Shown here: positions 32,130-41,271 of the stretch, piece by piece
Layout of the letters: the number at the start of each line of letters is the position of its first letter
Numbering within the stretch: position 1 is the first letter of the stretch
IMG/VR virus record: IMGVR_UViG_3300038393_001022
Direction: 5' to 3' (one strand)
DNA from: a virus
DNA: 44,703 nucleotides
Position numbers and translations under genes: made by a program
Notes under the pieces: model-generated
What the model was told of the DNA's origin: nothing
Seen by the model: only the letters and a program-made list of their open reading frames with translations
Databases searched by the model: none

Positions 32130-32948
32130 TTACTTGCGGAGTAGCTTCGCCCCTAGGGACTTGGCATCCTCAGGGGACAGGTTGGCGAGGAGAGCCTGTA
32201 GTTGCTCAAGGGGAGGGGCGCCCTCTGTGGCGGGCTTGCTCTTGCCCTTGCCCTTCGGGGCGGTCTCCTGCTTCGGCGCCTCTTCCTTCGGGGCGATGGT
32301 GCCGCCTACGCCAGAGGTCTCCGGGCGCTTCGCACCGCACTCCATGCAGAACTTACCGCCGTTGTCCTTGTGGCCGCAGGTGCATGTCCACTTGCCGTCC
32401 GTGGAGGTCTCCTTCGGCGCCTCCTCCGGTAGCTTCGTCCCGCACTCTTGGCAGAACTTCTGCCCGGCCCTTGCGGTGTGTCCACAAGCCGTGCACTTGC
32501 GCTTGCCCTCCTCGACCTCCTTGCGAATCGCCTCCTGAAGGGTTGCCGCCTTCTTAGTGAGGTCGGAGGTAACGAGAGCCTGCATCATGGCACCCACGCC
32601 GTCCAGCGTGTGCAGAGGGATGTCAACGACGTTCCCGTTCTGCCCGACGCTAGGGATGTAGCCATCGGCGTCGTGTTCGTTCGCCTCCTTGCCCTTAAAC
32701 CACCGCTGAATGCGCGCCTTGAGCACCACGTCAGCCGCCTTGAGCGCCTTGTGGTCGCCGCCTTGAATGAGGGCAACTACCTGTTCCCTCGTGACGTTCT
32801 CAGGGGTGATGGCGAGCAGGTAGGTCCGAAGCACGTTCGTGCTGTCCAGTACGACGCAAGGGACCTTGAAACCCTCCGGCTTTGTGCCGACAAAGAACGT
32901 GTGGTACTGGAGCGCCTTCTTCTGAGCCTGAGCGTTCTGGATGGTCAT
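32130..32948 (-). CDS. Double zinc-ribbon protein with a Lys/Ala/Pro-rich tail, 272 aa
   Basis: AAGGAG lies 10 nt before the ATG. CTACGH...FCQECG and CTCGH...FCMECG are two CxxC...CxxC ribbons. It is a monocistronic unit with its own terminator. Confidence 0.65.
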   Translation of the reverse strand: MTIQNAQAQKKALQYHTFFVGTKPEGFKVPCVVLDSTNVLRTYLLAITPENVTREQVVALIQGGDHKALKAADVVLKARIQRWFKGKEANEHDADGYIPSVGQNGNVVDIPLHTLDGVGAMMQALVTSDLTKKAATLQEAIRKEVEEGKRKCTACGHTARAGQKFCQECGTKLPEEAPKETSTDGKWTCTCGHKDNGGKFCMECGAKRPETSGVGGTIAPKEEAPKQETAPKGKGKSKPATEGAPPLEQLQALLANLSPEDAKSLGAKLLRK

Positions 32949-33668
32949 TTAGACCAGTCTCCTTCTTCGCCCTGCCACACCTTCGGCCCACCCCCCTGTG
33001 GGGACTGGTATCTCCGTCGGTGCGGCCTCTGGGATCATTCAGTTTTCAAGGTACATGCCATCCATCCGGCCCCTATGTGGGTTCGGCGCCCTGCCGCTAT
33101 TGGCGTTTGTCGGCGTCGCTAGGTTTGTCGGGGCCGTCACCACCGTACTACGTAGGGCAAAAACCTGTCAACCCCCCTATTCGAAACTGGAATGAATTTC
33201 GGCGAAAAAGTTGCAAAGTCGCCGATTATCCATTCCGGCTAGGCATAGGTGACGGGAACGTATGTTCGAGCAGCGTTGAACAAGTGTTCGCCCACCATGC
33301 GGCCTACGCATACATAGGCCTGCCCTAGGGTAACGCTCTGGGACTACCCACCCTAGGGCATGTCCTTCCAAACCTGTACTGTTCATGCTACCTAAGCACC
33401 CTAGGGCCGTAGTTTACATAACGTGGAAAATATGGGGTTGTATGGTATACCCTAGAGAGGGTCCTTAGAATCCCTAGGGCCGCCCTTGGGCCCCGCTCCT
33501 ACGTCGCGGGGTAGACATGTGTGCTCACGAGGACAAATTCTGCGGTCTAGACAAACCAAGCAACACTATGTACACTAAAAAGGGGACCCAAAAAACGCAC
33601 CCACCCCTGCCTTACCTCCTGAATACCTCCCTGCATAAGTATTCATTTTGCGAAAGGTGTGAACAGCG

Positions 33669-33965
33669 TTGCCTAAGAGGGGCTACCGCCAAACCGAGGC
33701 CCACAAGGCCGCTCGTAAGATCGCCAAACCCGCCGAGCCCCGCAAACTCACCGACCTCCTGCCTGATCACCCCTTCTCTGACAGCGAAATCTACGCCCGC
33801 TTCGTCACCGCCGCCGTCCCGCTCGACCACTACGCCACCTTCAACCGGGCCGACTACATCGACACGGGCGCCGGACTCGTCCGTAAGGCCGACTTTGCCG
33901 CCCTCTCTGGCCCCTGTGTGGTTATCAAGGCCGCCGAGAACGACAAAAAGAGCCCTCCGGCCTAG
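33669..33965 (+). CDS. Hypothetical protein, 98 aa; first gene of the rightward arm
   Basis: TTG start after AAAGGTG. The codon pattern is GC3-rich and the N-terminus is basic (PKRGYRQTEAHKAARK). A long hairpin follows. Confidence 0.5.
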   Translation: MPKRGYRQTEAHKAARKIAKPAEPRKLTDLLPDHPFSDSEIYARFVTAAVPLDHYATFNRADYIDTGAGLVRKADFAALSGPCVVIKAAENDKKSPPA

Positions 33966-34012
33966 TGTTGCGCGTGTCGCTTTCACGACCACTAGTGCGG
34001 AAGGCTCTTTTT
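33945..34012. terminator. Long imperfect hairpin / terminator candidate
   Basis: AAAAAGAGCCCTCCGGCCTAGTG pairs with CACTAGTGCGGAAGGCTCTTTTT (20 of 23 positions). The loop is 22 nt. Confidence 0.45.
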
Positions 34013-34076
34013 GCTGTGGGCAGGGGGTGTACCCAGCAGTACTGCGTAACCAAACCCTACCACGGCACCGATAGCC

Positions 34077-34105
34077 TTGTCAATAGCCCCAAGTTGACGT
34101 AAACT
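34077..34105 (+). promoter_or_regulatory. Sigma70-like promoter candidate for the packaging/structural arm
   Basis: TTGTCA (34077-82), 17-nt spacer, TAAACT (34100-05). It lies just upstream of the SD AAAGGAGG and the terS ATG at 34128. Confidence 0.4.
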
Positions 34106-34127
34106 GGCTCTAAAGGAGGCGAAAAAC

Positions 34128-34691
34128 ATGCCCGGAGCCGATCCGCTCGACCTGACCCCTGCCTCAGACCTGCTCGACGACATGCTCGAAGCGCGGCTAA
34201 TCGAGGTCCCGGCCCCTGCTGTGGTCCCTAGTGAACCCGCCGAGGGCAAGGGCGTCGATCTTCGCTCCAAACCCCTAGTGAAGAACGCCGAGGACATGCT
34301 CGGTTTGTCCGATTACCCCACCCTCTCGACCGAGCAGAAGGTGTTTCTGATCGCTTTCGCCGCCCACGGCACCGTCTCGCAGGCTGTGGTGATGTCCGGC
34401 GTCTCCCCTAGGAACCACCGGAAGTGGCTCAAGGAGGACGAGGAGTATCAAGAGGCCTTCGCTACCGCCATTGAGGTCCACGCCGACAAGCTGGAGGAGG
34501 TCTCGCTCAAGGCGTCGATGGACCCGCTCAACTCGGGCGAGCGCATGTTCCACCTGAAGGCCCGGCGCCCGGACAAGTACGCCCCTAAGGCGGCTGTGGC
34601 TGTGAAGGGTGACATCAAGCACACCCACTCAATGGCTGATCTGGCCCGTCAGGCGTTCTCGGAGGGGGTCTTGGACGGCGATGACGAGTAA
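34128..34691 (+). CDS. terS: Terminase small subunit, 187 aa
   Basis: HTH-like LSTEQKVFLIAFAAHGTVSQAVVMSGVSPRNHRKW and HLKARRPDKY are typical of phage small terminases. It lies upstream of terL. Confidence 0.65.
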   Translation: MPGADPLDLTPASDLLDDMLEARLIEVPAPAVVPSEPAEGKGVDLRSKPLVKNAEDMLGLSDYPTLSTEQKVFLIAFAAHGTVSQAVVMSGVSPRNHRKWLKEDEEYQEAFATAIEVHADKLEEVSLKASMDPLNSGERMFHLKARRPDKYAPKAAVAVKGDIKHTHSMADLARQAFSEGVLDGDDE

Positions 34692-34830
34692 GACCCCTAG
34701 GCGGGGATACCGTCGCTGTGAATCCTGTGGCTGGTACATGACCGCCAACCACTTTCGCAAGTCCACCCGCTGGGTGAACCGGACCTGTAAGGAGTGCGAA
34801 GACAAGCCGGGGAGGGGTGCGCGTGGCTAA
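34681..34830 (+). CDS. Candidate 49-aa zinc-ribbon protein (internal ATG of track ORF 34609..34830)
   Basis: The ATG at 34681 follows GGAGGGGG. The protein contains CESCG...CKEC. Confidence 0.4.
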   Translation: MTSKTPRRGYRRCESCGWYMTANHFRKSTRWVNRTCKECEDKPGRGARG

Positions 34831-35095
34831 GAGGGAGCCGCTCCACAGCTACGAGAAGATCATCGTGATCCGGGCGAAGACGCTCCTGTTCAAGGAGGGT
34901 ACGGAGGCTCACTTCGACATCCACTCGGACCTCTCGACGTCGAACGACCTGTTGGCGATGCTCACTAGGGCCGCGCACCATGTTATGTGCGGGCACGGCT
35001 ACCTCCACAACGACCTCGACCCGATTCCCACTGTAGCTGAGGACGTTCTTGGCCCTATGGAGATTGAGGAGGACGACGAAGATGGCATCACTTGA
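34823..35095 (+). CDS. Hypothetical protein (~90 aa)
   Basis: The GTG at 34823 lies 6 nt after GGGGAGGGG. Confidence 0.45.
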   Translation: MAKREPLHSYEKIIVIRAKTLLFKEGTEAHFDIHSDLSTSNDLLAMLTRAAHHVMCGHGYLHNDLDPIPTVAEDVLGPMEIEEDDEDGIT

Positions 35096-35312
35096 TCTGG
35101 CAGGCATGATCGAACAGCGCACTTACAAGCGGCTCGATGTCGGCGACTTCGCCCTGCTCGAGACCCACACCGAGGCTGAGGCGCGGGAGGCGCTCTTGGG
35201 CTACTTCGCCTGCCCGGCGGGTAAGGCCGACCTCGACGAGTCCCCCCATCGCGGGCGCCCCGTCCCTGCTGTGGTTGAGGACCTCCTTAAGGGGCTGAAG
35301 TTCAGTGGATAG
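35082..35312 (+). CDS. Hypothetical protein, 76 aa (track ORF trimmed)
   Basis: GAGGAGGA lies 8-9 nt before the ATG at 35082. Confidence 0.45.
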   Translation: MASLDLAGMIEQRTYKRLDVGDFALLETHTEAEAREALLGYFACPAGKADLDESPHRGRPVPAVVEDLLKGLKFSG

Positions 35313-36816
35313 CGACCTGCTCAAACTGCTCAAGAAGTCCCGGAAAGACCCCGTTTTCTTCGTTGAGAACATCCTAGGGATCAATTCCCTATGGGAGAAG
35401 CAACGGGAAATCTTGGAGTCCATCCGGGACAACCGTTTCACCACAATCCGCTCCTGCCACGGCTCGGGCAAGAGTTTCACGACCTCGCTCGCTGTGGCTT
35501 GGTACTTGTCCACCCACCCCTACTCCATCGTCATCACCACGGCGCCAACCGGGCGTCAGGTGCGTGAGGTCATGTGGCAGGAGATCGCTAAGAACGTGGG
35601 CCGGGCGAAGTTCCCCCTAGGGGGTCGGATGCTGACGACTTCGTGGCAGATCGCTGGCGGCTGGTACGCCCTAGGGTTCTCGTCTGACGAGGCCGATCGG
35701 TTTCAGGGCTTTCACGCCAAGGAGATGCTCGTTGTCGTTGACGAGGCTTGCGGCGTGCCCTTGCCCATCTTCGAAGGTATCGACTCGCTCATTACCGCTG
35801 AATCGAACAAGTTGCTCCTGATCGGGAACCCGACCAACCCTGAGGGGCGCTTCTACGACTCCTTCAAGTCTCCGCTCTACCACAAAATCCACATCAGCGC
35901 CTTCGAGACGCCGAACCTCGTCGCCGGGCGGGTGGTCAACCCCCATCTCGTTACCCCCCGCTGGGTGGAGGACCGCCGGACAGAGTGGGGCGAGGACTCC
36001 CCGGCGTGGATCAGCCGCGTCCTAGGGCAGTTCCCTGAGACCTCCTCGGACACGTTCATCTCGCTCAACCTGATTGACGCCTCGCTCGACAACGACCTGC
36101 ACCCCGGAGTCGCCCCTAGGGACACCCCCGGCCCCTGTGTGGTTGCCTGTGACCCGGCCCGGTTCGGTGATGACGAGTCGATTCTCGTTACCCGCCGGGG
36201 CGACAAGGTGACGCGCATGGAGTGGTACTACGGCGTGGACGGCGTACAACTCGCCCGGCACATGCTGAAGATGATGACCGAAGAGGTCGCTGACATCGGC
36301 GTAGTTGACACGAATGGTAACGGCTCGGGCGTCTTCGACGTTCTCTTTAGGGAGTATGGTGTGCAGAACGTCATGGGCTTTATGAGCCAAGAGCAGGCCA
36401 ACGACCGGGCGCACTACGTCAACAAGCGCGTCGAGGCATGGGCCGCCCTCAAGGAGCGCATGAGGAAGAACAAGCTGGACCTCACCATCTTTGACACCCC
36501 TAAGGACCGGGAGGCCATACGTGGTCAGTTGTCCGGCCCGAAGTACAAGTACGACGCCTCCGGGCGTTACCAACTTGAGCGCAAGGAGGACATGAAGAAG
36601 CGGGGCCTGAAGTCGCCTGACCGTGCCGACGCTATCGCGCTGGCATTCTACTATGAGGGGCAGGCGGGTGTGGGTCAGGCCACATGGACCGACCGTAAGG
36701 AGGAGCCGAAGCCCGGCACCCTCGCATGGGTTCAGCGTGAGATCGAGCGTGAGGCCGCTGAGCGAGACCTTGAGCGCGAAGAGTACGAGTGGTTGAAGAT
36801 GGAGGTGGGTGAGTGA
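35305..36816 (+). CDS. terL: Terminase large subunit, 503 aa
   Basis: Walker A-like SCHGSGKSFT. Walker B LVVVDEACG. The C-terminal half is nuclease-like, and the gene lies upstream of the portal. Confidence 0.85.
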   Translation: MDSDLLKLLKKSRKDPVFFVENILGINSLWEKQREILESIRDNRFTTIRSCHGSGKSFTTSLAVAWYLSTHPYSIVITTAPTGRQVREVMWQEIAKNVGRAKFPLGGRMLTTSWQIAGGWYALGFSSDEADRFQGFHAKEMLVVVDEACGVPLPIFEGIDSLITAESNKLLLIGNPTNPEGRFYDSFKSPLYHKIHISAFETPNLVAGRVVNPHLVTPRWVEDRRTEWGEDSPAWISRVLGQFPETSSDTFISLNLIDASLDNDLHPGVAPRDTPGPCVVACDPARFGDDESILVTRRGDKVTRMEWYYGVDGVQLARHMLKMMTEEVADIGVVDTNGNGSGVFDVLFREYGVQNVMGFMSQEQANDRAHYVNKRVEAWAALKERMRKNKLDLTIFDTPKDREAIRGQLSGPKYKYDASGRYQLERKEDMKKRGLKSPDRADAIALAFYYEGQAGVGQATWTDRKEEPKPGTLAWVQREIEREAAERDLEREEYEWLKMEVGE

Positions 36817-37145
36817 CGTTCTTTGTCTTCGTGGCAGGGCTCTCCCTAGGGGTTGTCTTGGGTGCCCTCATGCTGATTCGGCTCGTTCAGATCGGTACGA
36901 TTCACGTTCATCCGAGCGCCCGGCCTCTCCCGCCTATGGTGGCTGAGGAGGAGTACGAAGTCGTGGACCCCACCGTTGCTCATGCCGCATGGGAGGACCA
37001 GCAGGAGCAGGACCGCAAGGTAGCGAAGGAGCAGGAAGCATACTACGATCGCCTCGTACACGCGGCGATGCAGACCGCCCGGACCACTAGGGAGCGTGGC
37101 GGCGGGTTCACTGACCCTGTGGCTGATCTCATGGACCGTACCTAA
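36813..37145 (+). CDS. Small membrane-anchored protein, 110 aa
   Basis: GTG overlaps the terL stop. N-terminal TM segment FFVFVAGLSLGVVLGALMLI. Confidence 0.5.
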   Translation: MTFFVFVAGLSLGVVLGALMLIRLVQIGTIHVHPSARPLPPMVAEEEYEVVDPTVAHAAWEDQQEQDRKVAKEQEAYYDRLVHAAMQTARTTRERGGGFTDPVADLMDRT

Positions 37146-37159
37146 GGAGGTGAGCACGG

Positions 37160-39121
37160 ATGCCGATGGAGTCTATGTACGAGGAAGAGGCCGAGAAGCC
37201 CAAGAAGAAGGGTAAGAAGCGGGAGCCGAAGACCGCCATGATCCAACGTATTCTCGAGGACCCGGCGACTCTGATCGGGACGCTCGTCTCCCGTACTGAG
37301 TCGATCATGTCCCCTAGGGCGCAGGCATGGCGCCGCTACCGGGCCAAGTACCGCCTTGGGCTTCAGTACCTCAGCGGTTCGACGGGTAAAACGCCGGACG
37401 TCTTCACGGTGAACTATCTGTTCTCGAACGTCGAGGCGGTCAAATCCAACGTCGGCAAGTCGATGCCGAAGATCACCGTGAGCGCCTTCGAACTCTCCGA
37501 CCAGATGGCGGCTGACCTCGTATCGAAGATGCTGGAGGTCTCGCTCAAGAAGGGCGGTCTCCCTAGGGCCCAGCGTAAGGTAACGCATCACGCCGCTATC
37601 ACGGGTTACGCATGGTTCAAGGCCATGTTCAATCCGGACATCGAGGACGGCGACGGCGGCAACGTTGTGGATTGTGTCCCTCCTGAGGACATCATCGTTG
37701 ACCCCCTAGCCGTGCCCTTCTTCATGCAGGATGGACGGACGACCGCCCGCTATATCATCCATCGGCGTCGGGACGTCTCATGGGACGAGATCGAGGCGAC
37801 CTACGACGTCAACCCGGAGAAGCTGTTCGATGACGAGGACACAATGGACCCTAGTATCGAACTAGGGTACAGCCGTGACCACATCAACGACGTCCGGCAG
37901 AAGCCCTTCGGGAATCTCCAGCAGAACCCCTACGGCAGGGTGACGGACGTTCACGAATGCTGGCTCCAGACCTTCGAACCCTTCGAGCGGGACGAGCAGA
38001 CGGGTGAGATCATTTCTAGCCCGTGGTACATCATCACCGTCGCTGGCGATAAGGTGCTCAAGAAGGGCTACAGCGAGTACCAGCACGGCAGGAGCCCCTT
38101 CGTCCCGTGGTTCGATGGCGAGGACGACGGCGCCGCTGACTTCTACCACATCGGTATCGGCGAGATCGAAGAGATCGAGATGCTTCAGGACAAGGGCGCC
38201 CTACTCGACCTCCAGATTTACCGGAACATCAAAATGACGGTCAACCGTCAGCGCATCGTCAACCGCCTCATGGGCCTGTCTAAGGACAGCGTGACCAACG
38301 GTGAGGGCAAGGTCTACGAGGTGGCGGGAGACCCCCGGCTGGCGATGGTGTGGGATACCCCGCCCCAGCTAGGGAATGACGTCTACACCTACCGCGTCGG
38401 CACCAACCAGTCTATCCAAGATGTGTCGGGCGTAACCGACGTCATGGCAGGCCGGAAGCCGACGGGCATCGCGGCGGCGAAGGCGATCGGCGCCCTACAG
38501 AACGCCTCGCAGGCCCGCATTGCTGACAAGCAGGCGACTTTGATTGAGGCGCTGAAGCTTGTGGCTGAGATGTTCCTAGCGAACATCTTCCAGTTCTACA
38601 CCACGGAGCGCGTGATTCGGCTCCTCGACGGCAACGAGGTCCGGGTGATTGGCGACTGGCCCCCGGAACTCCAGCCGGGCTACCAGCCCACACAGGAGGC
38701 CGGGATCGATCCGGGCACGGGCCAGCCCGTTCCGGCGATGGAACTCCCGCCCCTAGGGGAAGGTCCTGAACTCGACATGATTCGGGAGCAGTGGAAGGCG
38801 CAGAATGGGATCGATCTCGTTCTTTCTGAAGTGGACCGTCGCTATGACCTTCAGGTTGGCGAGGGCTCCCCGCTCCCGGAGAACAAGGGCGAACTCGGGC
38901 AATTGGCCCTTGACATGTTCCGTATCGGCCTGATCGACCGTAAGGCCGCGCTCGACGTTCTCGAGTGGCCTGACCGGGCCGAGATCATCGCCCGTATGGG
39001 CGCCTCCACAACTGGGCCGGGTGCGGCGGCACAGCCGGACCAGATGGCCCAGATGATGCAGATGATCCAACAGATGATGCAGGGTGGCGGTATGCCGGGA
39101 GGAGGGATGCCCGTTGGCTAA
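37160..39121 (+). CDS. Portal protein, 653 aa, with a Q/M/G-rich C-terminal tail
   Basis: GGAGGTGA precedes the ATG. Size and position (after terL, before scaffold and capsid) fit a portal. Confidence 0.75.
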   Translation: MPMESMYEEEAEKPKKKGKKREPKTAMIQRILEDPATLIGTLVSRTESIMSPRAQAWRRYRAKYRLGLQYLSGSTGKTPDVFTVNYLFSNVEAVKSNVGKSMPKITVSAFELSDQMAADLVSKMLEVSLKKGGLPRAQRKVTHHAAITGYAWFKAMFNPDIEDGDGGNVVDCVPPEDIIVDPLAVPFFMQDGRTTARYIIHRRRDVSWDEIEATYDVNPEKLFDDEDTMDPSIELGYSRDHINDVRQKPFGNLQQNPYGRVTDVHECWLQTFEPFERDEQTGEIISSPWYIITVAGDKVLKKGYSEYQHGRSPFVPWFDGEDDGAADFYHIGIGEIEEIEMLQDKGALLDLQIYRNIKMTVNRQRIVNRLMGLSKDSVTNGEGKVYEVAGDPRLAMVWDTPPQLGNDVYTYRVGTNQSIQDVSGVTDVMAGRKPTGIAAAKAIGALQNASQARIADKQATLIEALKLVAEMFLANIFQFYTTERVIRLLDGNEVRVIGDWPPELQPGYQPTQEAGIDPGTGQPVPAMELPPLGEGPELDMIREQWKAQNGIDLVLSEVDRRYDLQVGEGSPLPENKGELGQLALDMFRIGLIDRKAALDVLEWPDRAEIIARMGASTTGPGAAAQPDQMAQMMQMIQQMMQGGGMPGGGMPVG

Positions 39122-39254
39122 GAATTCGAACCAGAAGGGGCAGAAGTCCCAGAAGTCGCAAAAGGACCTCGCCAAGCTTCAGGAGCAGAGGGGCCCTAGG
39201 GCGCCCATGTTCCCCGCTACCCCGTGGACTCCGATGACGAAGAAGCGGAAGTAG
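39114..39254 (+). CDS. Candidate 46-aa highly basic peptide (not in the ORF track)
   Basis: The TTG at 39114 lies about 7 nt after GGGAGGAGGG. The product is LAKNSNQKGQKSQKSQKDLAKLQEQRGPRAPMFPATPWTPMTKKRK. A terminator follows immediately. Confidence 0.35.
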   Translation: MAKNSNQKGQKSQKSQKDLAKLQEQRGPRAPMFPATPWTPMTKKRK

Positions 39255-39260
39255 TTCACT

Positions 39261-39286
39261 AGGGGCGGGGAAACCCGCCTCTTTTG
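39261..39286 (+). terminator. Intrinsic terminator after the portal unit
   Basis: AGGGGCGGG-gaaa-CCCGCCTCT with a GNRA loop, followed by TTTTG. Confidence 0.65.
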
Positions 39287-39305
39287 ACGCCCCTCACTAG
39301 GGGTG

Positions 39306-39333
39306 TTGACAAAATCGCCAGTTCTGCTATACG
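39306..39333 (+). promoter_or_regulatory. Sigma70-like promoter with extended -10, driving scaffold and capsid genes
   Basis: TTGACA (39306-11), 16-nt spacer ending in TGc, then TATACG (39328-33). Confidence 0.55.
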
Positions 39334-39396
39334 ATGGGGTTACATAACCCACTAAGGGGCACGGCACCGGAGCCGTTAATCCGAGGAGGTACGCAA

Positions 39397-40206
39397 GTGG
39401 CTGACAAGAACAAGCAGAACGAGGAACTGGAGTTGGACGAGGAGATCGACGTCGAACCGGAGGAAGACGAGGACGAGTCTGACGAGACGGCCTCTGAATC
39501 TGACACGGAGGACGGGGTTGACGAGGAGGGCGAGGAGTCTGAGCAGGGCGGCAAGGTCAAGCCGTCCGGCGAGAAGATGGTCCCGCAATCTCGGGTCAAC
39601 CAGATCGTCAAGGACCGCCTTGCCGCCAACGATCGGCGCTGGCAGACCAAGTTGGATGCGGCTGTGGCGCAGGCCAAGGCCAGCCTCCCGGCTGATGCCA
39701 CGAAGGCGTTGGAGTTCTGGAACTACCTGAAGGCCAACCCCCGTCACTCTGCCGCCATCAACCAGTTCCTCAGCAACAACCCGTGGGAGAACCACCCTAG
39801 GGAAGAGGCGGCCCCTAAGGCCAAGGAAGCCGACCTCGAAGCTACCCTAAAGCGTGAGTTCGCCCTCCGGGACACCCTCGCTGAACTGCGTTCCGACGAG
39901 GTATTCAAGAAGCACGAGGCCGCTATCCGTGAGTACGCCGAGGAGAACGAGTTCGACCTCGACAAGCCCCGTGATCTGAAGGCCGCTTATAAGGCGTGGC
40001 GTGGTGAAAACGCCCGCCTGCTTGCCGCGAACGCTCGCCTCCAAGGTCAGCGTGACGCCAAGACCGCTAAGGAACAGGCCAAGGGCGCCAAGCTTCAGGG
40101 AGCATCCGGCGCCAAGGGCGGCGGTAAGCAACCTGACTACCGTAAGCTGTCCGACGCTGAAATCCTTAAGCGCGACGGCCTCAAGCTGTTCACCTCGGAG
40201 GACTAA
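39397..40206 (+). CDS. Scaffolding protein (~269 aa; track ORF trimmed to a GTG)
   Basis: GAGGAGG lies 7 nt before the GTG at 39397. The N-terminus is acidic (EELELDEEIDVEPEEDEDESDE) and the body is charged and helical. It lies directly upstream of the capsid gene. Confidence 0.65.
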   Translation: MADKNKQNEELELDEEIDVEPEEDEDESDETASESDTEDGVDEEGEESEQGGKVKPSGEKMVPQSRVNQIVKDRLAANDRRWQTKLDAAVAQAKASLPADATKALEFWNYLKANPRHSAAINQFLSNNPWENHPREEAAPKAKEADLEATLKREFALRDTLAELRSDEVFKKHEAAIREYAEENEFDLDKPRDLKAAYKAWRGENARLLAANARLQGQRDAKTAKEQAKGAKLQGASGAKGGGKQPDYRKLSDAEILKRDGLKLFTSED

Positions 40207-40228
40207 CTCCTAGGGAAGGTGAACCACC

Positions 40229-41212
40229 GTGCCGTTGAATTACGACGCCATTACCGCGCTGACGCGGAAGAAGTACCTGCCGAACCTCGTCGATAACGTC
40301 TTCAAGTCCAACGCCCTGCTGGCCTACCTCAAGGGCATCACCAAGACGTACGACGGTGGCTACAAGATCGTTGAGCCGCTGATCTACGACGAGTTGCTCA
40401 ACGTCACGTCGTACTCCGGGTATGACACCCTGACCTACGACCAGAACACCCCGATCACCGCCGCCGAGTTCGACCCGCGCAACGTCGTGGCGCCCATCAC
40501 GATCTCCAAGGAGGAGGAACTCAAGAACGAAGGTGAGAACGAGGTTCTCAACCTGCTTGAGTCCAAGGTGAAGATCGCTGAGAAGACGCTGAAGAAGAAG
40601 CTGACGACCCAGCTTCTCGGCGACGGTACGGGCAACTCCGGTAAGGACCTGATGGGCCTCAAGGGCCTGATCTCCGACGTCGGCACCATCGGCGGCATCG
40701 ACCGGGCGACCTATACGTGGTGGAAGTGCGTGATGAAGGCCAACGGCGGCCTGAAGCGTAACCTCTCCATCCCGCTCATGCTCTCGACCTTCCTCGCCTG
40801 CTCCGACGGCGACGAGAAGCCGGACTTCATCCTCACGGACAAGAAGGGCTGGCAGGCCTACCATGAACTCGTTCGTGGTGTGGTTCAGATTCAGTCCCCG
40901 ACCGTCCAGAAGATGGCGTCCCTAGGGTTCCAAACCCTTGAGTTCATGGGCGTCCCGCTCGTCTACGACGAGAACATGACCACGTACATGTCCTCCGACG
41001 GCGTTCCGGTCCCCGTGACTCAGTTCTACTTCCTGAACTCCGAGTTCTTGAAGTTCCGCCCGCACAAGAACGCCAACTTCGCTACGACCAAGTGGCGTCA
41101 GGCTGACAACATGCTGGCGATGCGGCAGGAGATTCTCTTCACCGCCGCGCTCACCATCAACAACTGCCGTCGGCATGGTATCCTCAAGGATATCGACGTC
41201 AGCGCCTACTAG
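40229..41212 (+). CDS. Major capsid protein, 327 aa
   Basis: Position after the scaffold, size, and a strong terminator hairpin downstream. GTG start after AAGGTGA. Confidence 0.7.
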   Translation: MPLNYDAITALTRKKYLPNLVDNVFKSNALLAYLKGITKTYDGGYKIVEPLIYDELLNVTSYSGYDTLTYDQNTPITAAEFDPRNVVAPITISKEEELKNEGENEVLNLLESKVKIAEKTLKKKLTTQLLGDGTGNSGKDLMGLKGLISDVGTIGGIDRATYTWWKCVMKANGGLKRNLSIPLMLSTFLACSDGDEKPDFILTDKKGWQAYHELVRGVVQIQSPTVQKMASLGFQTLEFMGVPLVYDENMTTYMSSDGVPVPVTQFYFLNSEFLKFRPHKNANFATTKWRQADNMLAMRQEILFTAALTINNCRRHGILKDIDVSAY

Positions 41213-41219
41213 TCTCCCT

Positions 41220-41258
41220 AGGGGAGGGACCACCCGGCCCCTCCCCTTACTTTGTTTG
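41220..41258 (+). terminator. Intrinsic terminator/attenuator after the capsid gene
   Basis: AGGGGAGGG-N10-CCCTCCCCT, followed by TACTTTGTTTG. Confidence 0.65.
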
Positions 41259-41271
41259 AGGAGGAACACCC

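Noticed and set aside
33070-33095. tRNA-like T-loop strings (for example GGTTCGGCG at about 33080 and TTCGAA at 33181 and 39124), checked as part of a scan of the non-coding islands for tRNA or tmRNA genes.
   Set aside because: No flanking acceptor or T-stem complementarity and no cloverleaf could be drawn. I call no tRNA.
33517-34074. A 185-aa plus-strand ORF overlapping CDS 33669..33965 out of frame.
   Set aside because: Its composition is Pro/Ser/Thr-rich and low-complexity. It crosses the hairpin at 33945-34012. The alternative frame (33669..33965) has much better codon structure.
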